Notes: a model not told the origin generated them from the sequence alone. A stretch of 32,000 nucleotides of DNA from Halomicronema hongdechloris C2206 (GCF_002075285.3 NZ_CP021983.2:2400001-2432000), one strand, 5' to 3'; shown: positions 16,800 through 26,545, counted from the first letter of the stretch. A program made the numbers and translations.

Positions 16800-19124
16800 C
16801 TAACCATCGGCTTCACTAACCCGCCGCAACCTCAATACATCAGTCATCTTGCGAATCTGGTTAAAGGTGCGATCGAGATGGGCATGGTCGCGCACATCCA
16901 GCCCTAGGTCTATCTCTGCAGTTTGTCCGGGGAATGTTTTCACCTGGGCCTTGTAGACATTGATCTGCAAGTCGGACAAATGGGAGAGAATATCTTTGAG
17001 GACACCTACTCGGTCAATCACCTCGATTTTGACTTGCACTGGATAGGTTTGCCGATTATTGCCATTACTTTCGGCTTGATTCCAACTGACTGGAATCAAG
17101 CGATCCCCGGGAATCGACTCCACATTGGGACATCCCTGGCGATGAATAGCAATGCCACGGCTGCCCAGGGACACTACTCCAATGATGGGTTCCCCGGGTA
17201 AGGGATTACAGCAGCCAGCGATGTGATGGAGTAATCCTTCCACTCCCAGGATGGGAGAGGTTGACGGGGATACCTTGGACTTCAGGCTCGGACTGGAAAT
17301 CGCCTCTGCTATCAACTGTTCTGGATCGGGGGCTTCCTTACTGTCGGCTTCAATCGGTTGTTGAGCCTTTACCGCCTCTCGCAGGCGATTCACTACCAGA
17401 TTCAGGGTGACTTCGCCGTAGCCTAGACCAGCCAATAAGTCTTCTACGGTGGAGTAGTTGCAGCGCTCTGCTGCCGCTTGGGCTGGGGCCGACTTTAGCA
17501 GGGCATCAAAGCCATTCTTGCCCAACTCTTTCTCTAGCATGTCGCGGCCGCGGGCAACGTTTTCATCCCGGTGGGATCGCTTATACCACTGGCGAATGCG
17601 GTTGCGGGCCCCTGCGGTCACCACAAAATTGAGCCAGTCCAGGCTAGGATGACTGTTTTTCTGGGTAATAATCTCAACGATATCTCCTGTTTCTAGGGGA
17701 GTATCGAGAGTGACAATGCGATCATTGACTCGGGCCCCGGCACAGTGATTGCCGACCTCAGTATGAATGCGATAGGCAAAATCGACTGGCGTAGCTCCCC
17801 GATTGAGGGAGATGACGTCTCCGTTAGGGGTAAACACGTAGACATCTTCATCAAAGAGGTTTCCCTTGACGTTTTCTAGGAATTCCTGGGCATCTTTAAG
17901 GTCGTTTTGCCACTCCAACAGCTGCCGTAGCCAGGTAAATTTCTCATCATCCGTAGTGACGGGAGTATTACTGGAACTGCCAGTTTCTTTATATTTCCAG
18001 TGGGCCGCGATACCGTATTCGGCAACGTGGTGCATCTCTAGGGTGCGAATTTGCACCTCAATGGGGCGTCCGGAAGTGCCGATAACGACTGTATGCAGGG
18101 ATTGGTAACGGTTGGGCTTGGGTAGGCCGATGTAGTCTTTAAAGCGCCCTGGAATCGGCCGAAAGGCATCGTGAACAACGGCTAAGGTGCGATAACACTC
18201 CTCTTTAGTGCCGACAATCAAGCGGATAGCAGCAACATCATAAATCTCATGGAAGTCTTTGTGCTGACGTTCCATTTTGCAGTAGATGCCGTAGAGATGT
18301 TTGGGCCGGCTGCTCACTTCAATCACCTTGATGCCAGCCTGTTGTAGGCGCTGCCGCAAGGTTTGGGCAATTTGCTTCAGGCGGGCTTCTCGATCCCCGC
18401 GTTTTTCGACAACATGCTCTCGCATCTTGTTGTAGGCATCGGTTTTGAGATACTTGAAAGACAGATCCTCTAACTCCCACTTAAACCGTCCTATCCCTAG
18501 GCGGTTGGCCAATGGGGCGAAGATTTCCAGGGTCTCTTGGGCGATGCGGCGGCGTTTCTCATCACTGAGATGCTCTAAAGTGCGCATGTTGTGGAGCCGA
18601 TCGGCCAGCTTGACCACGATCACCCGAATGTCCTGAGCCATCGCTAAGAACATCCGCCGAAAGTTCTCGGCCTGACGCTCAGTTTTGCTTTGGAAGTTAA
18701 ACTTTGAGAGCTTGGTAACGCCTTCAACTAATTGGCGAACCTCTTGACCGAAGTGGGCTTCAATTTCGTCGGGGGTAACATCGGTGTCTTCGACCACGTC
18801 GTGGAGAAAACCAGCCGCGATCATGGCACTATCACCACCGAGATCTCGAAGTAAGCTAGCTACAGCAATGGGGTGACAGATGTACGGTTCCCCCGAGGCC
18901 CGGCGTTGTCCTTTATGGAGCGTGTAAGCAAACTGAAAGGCTTGACAGACGAGGCGGTTGTTAGATTTGTTCTCTCGGATTTCTTCGGATTCGTCTTCTA
19001 AATCGGGGCTTTGAGATAGCAGGCAGGTTTGTAGCCAGTTAGGTAAATTACAGTCGTCAGGCAGATCAAGCGTATCTGCCAATGTTGGATCTGCGGTTGA
19101 GTCGAGGGTCTTAGCAACATTCAT
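16800..19124 (-). CDS. spoT: Bifunctional (p)ppGpp synthetase/hydrolase, RelA/SpoT homologue (RSH)
   Basis: 774 aa. The HD hydrolase motif is HDVVEDT. The RelA/SpoT synthetase region includes YRSLHTVV-like QSLHTVVIG. A TGS region (VFTPNGDVISL) and a C-terminal ACT-like domain are also present. Confidence 0.95.
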   Translation of the reverse strand: MNVAKTLDSTADPTLADTLDLPDDCNLPNWLQTCLLSQSPDLEDESEEIRENKSNNRLVCQAFQFAYTLHKGQRRASGEPYICHPIAVASLLRDLGGDSAMIAAGFLHDVVEDTDVTPDEIEAHFGQEVRQLVEGVTKLSKFNFQSKTERQAENFRRMFLAMAQDIRVIVVKLADRLHNMRTLEHLSDEKRRRIAQETLEIFAPLANRLGIGRFKWELEDLSFKYLKTDAYNKMREHVVEKRGDREARLKQIAQTLRQRLQQAGIKVIEVSSRPKHLYGIYCKMERQHKDFHEIYDVAAIRLIVGTKEECYRTLAVVHDAFRPIPGRFKDYIGLPKPNRYQSLHTVVIGTSGRPIEVQIRTLEMHHVAEYGIAAHWKYKETGSSSNTPVTTDDEKFTWLRQLLEWQNDLKDAQEFLENVKGNLFDEDVYVFTPNGDVISLNRGATPVDFAYRIHTEVGNHCAGARVNDRIVTLDTPLETGDIVEIITQKNSHPSLDWLNFVVTAGARNRIRQWYKRSHRDENVARGRDMLEKELGKNGFDALLKSAPAQAAAERCNYSTVEDLLAGLGYGEVTLNLVVNRLREAVKAQQPIEADSKEAPDPEQLIAEAISSPSLKSKVSPSTSPILGVEGLLHHIAGCCNPLPGEPIIGVVSLGSRGIAIHRQGCPNVESIPGDRLIPVSWNQAESNGNNRQTYPVQVKIEVIDRVGVLKDILSHLSDLQINVYKAQVKTFPGQTAEIDLGLDVRDHAHLDRTFNQIRKMTDVLRLRRVSEADG

Positions 19125-19864
19125 AGGACTACTTCAGGGCTACATAACTACCGTCTTGACCCCAATGGTCAAAGCTCCCTAGAGGACCTTTGATAAACTG
19201 GATGCCTAAGTCAGTTCCCGGCTTAGTAGGCAGGCGTGACCTAGGGACCAGAGGGTTATGACACGGGTGAGAACCTTGACAGATATGCGAACCGGTTGTG
19301 GCTAGCGCTAGACCAGATGGCTCGCTAATTTAATCAATTATTAATGTGCTTCAGATCATAGCGCTGGTCTGAGGAAGGATCTACTGCCAAGTTAAGGTGT
19401 GAGCATACACTAAATCTTGCTTAATACACCATCATAGTCAAACTCGATACCAGTTCGCATAAGGGCGTGGGTTGGTGATGGCAGTACAATCCTTGGTCCT
19501 TAACCGGTTGCGGCGTAAGTTCAGGAGTTAATTTTTTAGCTAGGAAGTTGGGGAGTGGAGGCAAGACAGAGGGGTCATTACTGTTAGGGGGCACTTAGTT
19601 CCCGGATTTCTCACCAGAACGTCTTGAGGGAGGTTGAGTTGCGCGACCAGGGTTGAGAGGTGTCGGGAGTAGAGAGATTGACGATGGCTGGGCCATATTT
19701 TGTGCTCAATTGACCCTGAGGTGATCTCTTGAGCGGGGATTTTGGACGTTTGCGCAGCGTGCTAGGGTCAGACGATACTGCCAGGAAAAATGTGATCTAT
19801 ATCCTTGGCGATTTGCCAAAGACCCCGGCTAAACTGGCGGCAGCCCCTTCATCCCTAATCACCT

Positions 19865-22225
19865 ATGACCCGCTCCGAGCCCCAGCCCTTACCTGTCCCC
19901 TTTCCCGCCTCCGTCAGTCTTCTGAGTCGCACCGAATTCAAGCAAGAACCCCTGCAAGTCAAAGCAGGCCGTCTACCCAACGACATCTACGGCCACGCTT
20001 TTTTTATCGGTCCCGGCGGTTGCCTCACCGACCCCACTCTGCCCGGCACTGATTTAATCCAACCCTCCCACGACGGCACCCCCCTGTTTAATGGCGATGC
20101 CATGGTCTATCGCATTGACTTCAGTGGCAAAACTGCCTACCTAAACAATCATATTGCCCGCACTCCCTGCTACTACACTGACCTGGCCAGTCTCCCCGGC
20201 AGCGACTACGCCGATCTGGGTTATCACAACCATGGCCTGGCTCGCCTGTCTTTTGGATTGGGTTTCCGCGATGAGGTTAATACGGCGTTTCAACCCCTGC
20301 TGTTTGATCCCGAAGAAGGACTGCGGCTGCTGATCACCTGGGATGCCGGCCGCCCCTACGAGATCGACCCGGAAACCCTGGAGGCGGTGACGCCGGTCGG
20401 CTACAACCAGGAATGGCGCGAACAGATTGAATTGGCTCTGCCCTTCGGCATCTTCACCACTACGGCCCACAGCGCCTTCGACCCCAATACCGATCGCCCC
20501 GATACGCCGCCGCAGCTGTTTACGGTGAACTACGGTAAGTCGGTGGCGACGGCCCTCTGGCCCATCTTCACCAACGAGGCGGGCGAGCCCTTGCCAGAGC
20601 CAGTGGAAGCCATCCTGGCCGACTTCGAACGGTTGCTGGATGTAATTGAGCAGCGGGTGAACTTGGTGCGGCAACCCTTGAAGACCTTTCTGGATACCGA
20701 GGCTCAGGTGCTGGATAGCCTGCCCCAGGAGCTACGAGAGCTCTGGCAGGGAGGACGGCAGCAGTTGCGCACTAACCTACGCCAGACCCTGTCCGGGCTA
20801 ATCTCGGTGCTGCTGCAGCTAGAGGATTGGCTGCCCGATGCCGTCACCATTCCCCGACAGCGGCGTTACCGAGAGCTGTGGAAGGGATTCCTGGAACTAC
20901 TGGAAGAGGAATTGGAAGACGGCTTTGACTCCCTGCACGATCTGCTCTCGGAGGTGTTGCGCCTCATCGGGGTAGCCCGGCGGCTGCTGCAGGCGGCTGT
21001 AAATATGGAAGACTTCGTCCATCTGATGGTGTGGGATGGTCACCAACCCTTACAGCAATGGCAGGTAGTGGTCGAGGAAGACGGCCAGCAGGTGTCTCCC
21101 CGCATCTTTCAGAGTATGCATCAGATTGCCATCACCCAGGACTATGTGGTGCTGATGGATACAGTGTTTAAGCTGGGGGCCGAGCAACTACTCACCAGCC
21201 CCGCCCCCCACTTTCCCAAGCTAGAGCGGCTGATTCGCCATCTGTTGGACTTTCGCCAGTCGGCGGATACGACGATTTACATCATCAAGCGAGAAGACCT
21301 GGACCCTGACCAGTCCCAGGTGGTGGCCAAGCGGGTGGTGATTCCCCGCAGTGCCGCCCACTTTCTAGCAGATTATGACACGCCCGATGGCCAACTCACC
21401 CTGCATTTGGCCCACAATACCGGCTGGGATCCGGCGGAGTGGACCCGTCCCTATGATCACTTTCCCTACAGCGAGTTTCCGGCGGTGTTGGGGATGTCGA
21501 CGGGGGCCATCGATATCAACCACCTGGGTCGCTACGTCATCAATGGGGAAACGGGGGAGCTATGTCAGTCCACCGTGCTCACCGACTTTGACCATACCTG
21601 GATGACGGCTATCTTTGCCTATGCCTGCCCCGATGGAGTGTCGCCAGTGCGGCGGTTTCGCAGTCTCTACTGGAATTCCTGGGGCTGTCGCGGCGATCTG
21701 CTGTCGAACTATATTGCCGAGCTCTACCGCGACTATCCCTACCGGGAATTGCCGGTGGAGCAGGTGCTGGCCCTGACGCAGCAGGGATTGCCGGTGAATC
21801 TCTGCCGCTTAGACACGGAAACCATGGAGATTACTGACAGCTATGTCTTTCCCCCGGGGTGTTTTGGTACCTCGGCCCAGTTTGTACCCCGGCGCGACGG
21901 CGGTGATGATCCCACAGCCGGGTATCTGATGTGCATCGTCAACACCAGTGACGATCCGGCTCAGAGCGAATTGTGGCTGTTTGATGCGGCCCACCTAGCT
22001 AAGGGACCGGTGTGTAAGCTCAGTCATCCGCAGCTGGCCATCGGCATGACCATCCATTCCACCTGGTTGCCACGGCTGAATCCGCGGCGAGCCAGCTATT
22101 ATGTGCCGGTGCCGGAGGATTATGAACCGCGCCTGGCCAAACTATCGTCAGAACGGCGAGAACGCCTGGAGCGATTGTTTCGCGACCATGTCTATCCCCA
22201 TTTCCAGCCGCCATCGGGGTCCTAG
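19865..22225 (+). CDS. Carotenoid cleavage oxygenase (CCD/RPE65) superfamily protein, long form (786 aa)
   Basis: Family landmarks: GRLPNDIYGHAFFIGP, FNGDAMVYRIDF. The four iron-ligand His contexts are TTAHSAFDP, SMHQIAITQDYVVLMD, AAHFLADYD and GMTIHSTWLP. A Leu/Glu/Arg-rich insertion of about 160 aa lies between the first two His. Confidence 0.85.
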   Translation: MTRSEPQPLPVPFPASVSLLSRTEFKQEPLQVKAGRLPNDIYGHAFFIGPGGCLTDPTLPGTDLIQPSHDGTPLFNGDAMVYRIDFSGKTAYLNNHIARTPCYYTDLASLPGSDYADLGYHNHGLARLSFGLGFRDEVNTAFQPLLFDPEEGLRLLITWDAGRPYEIDPETLEAVTPVGYNQEWREQIELALPFGIFTTTAHSAFDPNTDRPDTPPQLFTVNYGKSVATALWPIFTNEAGEPLPEPVEAILADFERLLDVIEQRVNLVRQPLKTFLDTEAQVLDSLPQELRELWQGGRQQLRTNLRQTLSGLISVLLQLEDWLPDAVTIPRQRRYRELWKGFLELLEEELEDGFDSLHDLLSEVLRLIGVARRLLQAAVNMEDFVHLMVWDGHQPLQQWQVVVEEDGQQVSPRIFQSMHQIAITQDYVVLMDTVFKLGAEQLLTSPAPHFPKLERLIRHLLDFRQSADTTIYIIKREDLDPDQSQVVAKRVVIPRSAAHFLADYDTPDGQLTLHLAHNTGWDPAEWTRPYDHFPYSEFPAVLGMSTGAIDINHLGRYVINGETGELCQSTVLTDFDHTWMTAIFAYACPDGVSPVRRFRSLYWNSWGCRGDLLSNYIAELYRDYPYRELPVEQVLALTQQGLPVNLCRLDTETMEITDSYVFPPGCFGTSAQFVPRRDGGDDPTAGYLMCIVNTSDDPAQSELWLFDAAHLAKGPVCKLSHPQLAIGMTIHSTWLPRLNPRRASYYVPVPEDYEPRLAKLSSERRERLERLFRDHVYPHFQPPSGS

Positions 22226-22311
22226 CCTAGGCATAGGCAGTAGCTTGGCCAGAAGAGACCCGTGGTGCTGCCCTTGACCCGATTAATATTTGCCGTCATT
22301 CCTGAGACCCG

Positions 22312-24417
22312 ATGACTTCTTCTCAATCGTTTCCCTGGCCACCGTTTCCCCCGGCGATGATGACAGCCAGTGCCAATGAGCTCACCGATGTAGAGTTACA
22401 GCTGGTGGCGGGGGAATTGCCCCAGGATTTGCAGGGGCATCTGTTCATGGTGGCGCCGGTGGGGTCAGTGACTTCCGATGGCCTGCCCAATCCAGATGGG
22501 GCCCATGTGTGGAATGGCAATGGCCTGATCTATCGGCTTGACTTCGATCAGGCGGGACGGGTGCGGCTGACCACCCGCCTGGCCAAGACCCCTTGCTATT
22601 ATGCGGACTTGGCGACTCGCCCCGGCAGCCCGGAACAGCGCTATCGGTTTCGAGACTTTGGCATGGCCCGCTTTTCGTTGGCTCTGGGCATGCGCAACCA
22701 GCTGAATACGGCCTTTGTGCCCATGGCTTTTGAGGCCGATGGTCCGGCCCGGCTGTTACTGACCTTTGATGGGGGGCGACCCTATGAGATCGATCCGGTC
22801 ACCCTGGAGGTGGTGACACCAGTAGGTAGCAATCGAGAATGGCGACCGGGGATGAATCTGCGGGTGCCCTTTCCAGCGGTGTTGAGCACGGCCCATCCTG
22901 CTTTCGATCCCTGCACCCAGGAGTTGTTCACGGTCAACTATGGTCGCTCCCTGGCCAATTTTCTGGAGACGATTCCGCTGCTCTATGAGTTGGATGAGTT
23001 GCCTCAAGAGCTAGAAGACCTGCTGGATGCAATCGCATCCTGGGCAAACCTGGATAGCCTGCTCAATAGGCTACTGAGTCCCTGGCAAGATTTGGCCCAG
23101 GCCCTGCTGAAACAATTGCAGGGGCCCATCGAGAAGATCTTGGGAGTGGCCAACTTCGTCTATTTGATCCGTTGGGACGGTCAAGGCGCTTTTCAACGCT
23201 GGCGCCTGGTCGATGCCGAGGGCGACCCGGTGCGGATTGAGCAGACCATGCATCAAATCGGGGTGAGCCAAGACTATGTGATCCTGATGGACACCTCCCT
23301 TAAATTCGGTCTAGAGCAAATCCTCAGTCGTCCTCTGCCCCATAGTAAGGTGGGCAACCGGGCCGTGCGCACTCTACTAACCCGCCCCCAGGAACCTAAT
23401 ACCGCCATTTATCTGGTACGGCGGGAGCAGCTGGTGCCCCCGGCTACATCGGAGCAAGTCTTAGATGTGGTGGCTCAACGGCTGACCATTCCCCTGGAAA
23501 CCGGTCACTTCCTGGTGGACTATGACAACCCGGAAGGGCGCGTCACCGTCCATATCGCCCACGAATGTGCCACCGATGTCTCAGAATGGGTGCGACGCTA
23601 TGATGTCTCCGCCATCGACCATCAGCCCCTACCGGCGGCTCTGCAGGGCATGATTGCCGTGGGGGCCATGGATGTGGGTCGCCTGGGGCGCTACGTCATC
23701 GATGCCGAACAGGGCCGACTGCTCAGTTCCCACGTCATCCAAGACAGCCACCGCACCTGGGGATTGGGCCTCTATACCTATCGTGAGCAGGGCAGCAACG
23801 GCCAACCGCCGCGGCGGTTTAAATCCCTCTACTGGCAGTCTTTAGGATTCTGGCCCGACCTGCTGCCCGAGTTCATCCATCAACTCTATCAAGACTATCC
23901 CCATCGCCTAGTGCCCCTAGAGCAGCTGTGGCCGATTCCGGAGCAGGGCCAGGGGCGTCCCTCCAGCCTGGTGCGTCTGGATCTCGACACCATGGCCATC
24001 GTCGATGCCTATGAGTTTCCCCTCACCGATGCCCATGGGGGATGGGATGGCCATGTGGTCAACTCCCCCCAATTCATACCGCGGGCCGGGGCCGGAGAGA
24101 CCGATACCGACGGCTATCTGGTCTGTCCGGTGATTTCAGTCCGAGCCAAAGAACTGTGGATCTTCGATGCCGCCCACCTGGCCAAAGGCCCCCTGTGCCG
24201 CCTGGCCCATCCTGACTTTCAACCCGGCTATACCATCCATACCACCTGGCTACCGACCATTGCCCGCCGTCAGGCCGCTTACCATATCCCCGTGCGGGCC
24301 GACTATGGTCCCTTAGTGGAGCAGGCGGCTCCGGCCATTCGTCGGCTGTTTGAGACCGCCGTCTATCCTCACTTTGCCACCGGGTCAGAGGGCGAGCATG
24401 GCCGTAGCGGTCAATGA
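22312..24417 (+). CDS. Carotenoid cleavage oxygenase (CCD/RPE65) superfamily protein, long form (701 aa); paralogue of the upstream gene
   Basis: GELPQDLQGHLFMVAP, WNGNGLIYRLDF. His contexts: STAHPAFDP, TMHQIGVSQDYVILMD, TGHFLVDYD, GYTIHTTWLP. A shorter (about 65 aa) helical insertion sits at the same position as in the upstream gene. Confidence 0.85.
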   Translation: MTSSQSFPWPPFPPAMMTASANELTDVELQLVAGELPQDLQGHLFMVAPVGSVTSDGLPNPDGAHVWNGNGLIYRLDFDQAGRVRLTTRLAKTPCYYADLATRPGSPEQRYRFRDFGMARFSLALGMRNQLNTAFVPMAFEADGPARLLLTFDGGRPYEIDPVTLEVVTPVGSNREWRPGMNLRVPFPAVLSTAHPAFDPCTQELFTVNYGRSLANFLETIPLLYELDELPQELEDLLDAIASWANLDSLLNRLLSPWQDLAQALLKQLQGPIEKILGVANFVYLIRWDGQGAFQRWRLVDAEGDPVRIEQTMHQIGVSQDYVILMDTSLKFGLEQILSRPLPHSKVGNRAVRTLLTRPQEPNTAIYLVRREQLVPPATSEQVLDVVAQRLTIPLETGHFLVDYDNPEGRVTVHIAHECATDVSEWVRRYDVSAIDHQPLPAALQGMIAVGAMDVGRLGRYVIDAEQGRLLSSHVIQDSHRTWGLGLYTYREQGSNGQPPRRFKSLYWQSLGFWPDLLPEFIHQLYQDYPHRLVPLEQLWPIPEQGQGRPSSLVRLDLDTMAIVDAYEFPLTDAHGGWDGHVVNSPQFIPRAGAGETDTDGYLVCPVISVRAKELWIFDAAHLAKGPLCRLAHPDFQPGYTIHTTWLPTIARRQAAYHIPVRADYGPLVEQAAPAIRRLFETAVYPHFATGSEGEHGRSGQ

Positions 24418-24957
24418 CCAACCTGGAAAACTGGGGGATGCAACCACCGCGTCGCCAGTAAAGGCAGTGGCGGCATAGCCCCGCTCCGTCAGAGAGAACA
24501 CCGTAACCTGGCCGACCACCGGGTCTACAATCCAATACTCTGGAATACCGCGCCATTCATACTGATTGCGTTTGTCGATGTAGTCGCGGCGATGGTTCTC
24601 AGCGCCCGGACTAACGACCTCAACCACCAACTGCGGTGGCAACATGTCCAGGGTAATGGCAGCTCGCCCCAAAGCACCCATTTGGTCCGGATGCTCTGGG
24701 CGCAATATGGTCAGGTCAGGGTAGCGATTTTTGGGCTCCCCTGGCACAGCTAAGGCCAATCCCTGCAGGCGGATCTGTCGCATCCCTACCAAAGGCTGCA
24801 GCGCTTCATAGAGCTGCAGCGCCCGATACAGATTCTCATCCGACTCGGGGGGCACCTCAATTAAGGCTCCGTTGACGAGTTCATAGTACGCCTCTATGTC
24901 CTCGGTATAGGCGAGGAAGTCCTCAAAGGTATGGAACTGCGGATGAGCCTGCACCAT
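24385..24957 (-). CDS. Uma2-family (DUF820) putative restriction-endonuclease-like protein
   Basis: Typical Uma2 features: FEDFLAY...YELVNGALIEVPPES, YPDLTILRPEH, PQLVVEVVSPG...RDYIDKRNQYEWRGIPEYWIVDP. ATG 24957 was chosen; GTG 24966 is the ORF-track start. The 3' end overlaps the convergent CCD gene by 33 nt. Confidence 0.85.
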   Translation of the reverse strand: MVQAHPQFHTFEDFLAYTEDIEAYYELVNGALIEVPPESDENLYRALQLYEALQPLVGMRQIRLQGLALAVPGEPKNRYPDLTILRPEHPDQMGALGRAAITLDMLPPQLVVEVVSPGAENHRRDYIDKRNQYEWRGIPEYWIVDPVVGQVTVFSLTERGYAATAFTGDAVVASPSFPGWSLTATAMLAL

Positions 24958-25002
24958 GGTTGCCACTGGCGGGTTGAACTACTTCGATCATACTGACTGT
25001 GG

Positions 25003-25578
25003 CTAGGGGGAGGCAGAGGCGGCGAGCAGTTCCGTCGTCTCTAGTACCTCGATCAAGCGGTCGACCATGCCCTGGCAGTCACAGCTGGTCTCCAGCACCG
25101 TAATGGTGGACGTGTTGGGGGGGTGTAGCCAAAATTCCGCATGGCGGCCGGTGGGAGTTTGCACCAGATATCCCTGCTGGCCCTGCAGTGGGTAGGGGGA
25201 AATGCAGGAAGATGGCCGTGGGCCTGGCGCTTCCGCATAGACAGCGTCGCGGACAACGGTTTCCAGGGAGTCCTCGGCGGCGGCATCGACTTGGCGAATC
25301 ACCAGTTCTGAGAAGCCGCGCCCCAGGAGATCGCCGCCTTGAATCTGGCAGCGGATGAGATTATAGGTGCCGGGATCGACCACTTGGACCGATCCGTCGT
25401 TGCGTAGGATGGCTCGGTAGTTGGCCGGAATGCTGAGGGCGACGCCGAATTGCTCTAGGGTAAGGCGGCGGGTGTCCTCGGCAGGGAGGACGGTGTCGGT
25501 GTTCTGGCAGGGATTTTCTGCCTGGGCCAAAGAGGGCGCCGGCAGGGAACTGCTGAGGGCAACTAGGAGCGAAATCAT
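25003..25578 (-). CDS. Secreted Cys-containing hypothetical protein
   Basis: ATG 25578 gives the signal-peptide-like MISLLVALSSSLPAPSLAQA-ENPCQ. The longer ORF would have to start at TTG 25638. I do not recognise the family. Confidence 0.55.
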   Translation of the reverse strand: MISLLVALSSSLPAPSLAQAENPCQNTDTVLPAEDTRRLTLEQFGVALSIPANYRAILRNDGSVQVVDPGTYNLIRCQIQGGDLLGRGFSELVIRQVDAAAEDSLETVVRDAVYAEAPGPRPSSCISPYPLQGQQGYLVQTPTGRHAEFWLHPPNTSTITVLETSCDCQGMVDRLIEVLETTELLAASASP

Positions 25579-25628
25579 AAATCTGGAAGATAACGGCGGG
25601 GCTGATACCGTGATATCTCCAGAACTAT

Positions 25629-25636
25629 GCGATCGC
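25629..25636. repeat. HIP1 palindrome GCGATCGC
   Basis: Exact octamer read in the sequence. Confidence 0.95.
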
Positions 25637-25701
25637 AACTCAGCTAACCGTCCCAGAGCCCCCTATGATGCAAAGGGTGCTGCCCACCTGAGCAATGGAC
25701 C

Positions 25702-26142
25702 ATGACCATTTTCCATACCACATTGCCACTCCCCACCGACGACAGCATCGGCCTCTATGACGTCACTGCCACCATCCAAGCCGTCGTCAACTCCACCCAG
25801 GTGCAGCAGGGGCAAGTGCTCGTGTTCTGCCGCCATACCACCACCGCCCTGGCCATTAACGAATACGAAACGCGGTTGCTGACCGATATCAAGACCTATC
25901 TGCGCAAACTGGCTCCCCCCACAGAGGTCTACCGACACAATGACCTGCACCTGCGGGATGTGCCCGCCGATGAACCGGAAAACGCCCATTCTCATCTGAT
26001 GGCCATGACTCTCAATACCAGCGAAGTGATCCCCATCGTCGATGGGGAATTGGCCCTGGGCACCTATCAGTCAGTGTTGTTCGTGGAATTAGATGGCCCC
26101 CGCCAACGAACCCTGTTTGTGCAGGTGACCGGGGAACTCTAG
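25702..26142 (+). CDS. YjbQ/UPF0047 family protein (secondary thiamine-phosphate synthase family)
   Basis: 146 aa. Contains the family pattern HTTTALAINEYE, NAHSHL and GELALGTYQSVLFVELDGPRQR. Confidence 0.85.
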   Translation: MTIFHTTLPLPTDDSIGLYDVTATIQAVVNSTQVQQGQVLVFCRHTTTALAINEYETRLLTDIKTYLRKLAPPTEVYRHNDLHLRDVPADEPENAHSHLMAMTLNTSEVIPIVDGELALGTYQSVLFVELDGPRQRTLFVQVTGEL

Positions 26143-26545
26143 AGTGCTTATGGCCTTTGCGCCATCCGTCACGTTACTGTCCCCTCAATCATGGCTGCGC
26201 TTGACCCAGTCACTAATCTGGGATGAATGCTGCTCGTTTCGGGAAAGGCTAGCCGCTCGATCTGATACGTTTACGCTGGTTGAGTTATGTTGGCTGGGGG
26301 CAGTGGCTCAGCCTGTGCCATTAGGCCAGGCACTGCCATTGCCAGAGCAGCTGCTATCAGCTAAGCAGACCGGCTATGCCCGAGTCTAGGGCGATGGGTT
26401 CTGTCTCCAGTGGAGCCCCGCCTCTAGAGATTCTGCGAAACTGTGGTTGTAATTCTTCAAGATGATGATTTCATAGGGATAGATGTCACCGCTCAGCCTG
26501 CTTAACAGTAATTTTTGGCAACCATCCTTTCAGCGGTAGTCGAGG

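Noticed and set aside
19729-20052. A 107-aa ORF overlapping the start of the first CCD gene.
   Set aside because: It is out of frame with, and largely inside, the well-supported CCD gene. The translation is Arg/Ser/Pro-rich with a TTG start, so it is probably a shadow ORF.
24074-24556. A 160-aa minus-strand ORF spanning the CCD/Uma2 junction.
   Set aside because: It is Arg/Gly/Pro-rich and overlaps two supported genes in other frames, so it is a shadow ORF.
26144-26389. An 81-aa ORF directly after yjbQ and upstream of the exporter module. I considered it as a possible secreted-peptide precursor.
   Set aside because: It has no double-glycine leader, no signal peptide and no ribosome-binding site. 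It starts at GTG 1 nt after the yjbQ stop. The composition is unremarkable, so the evidence is insufficient to call a gene.
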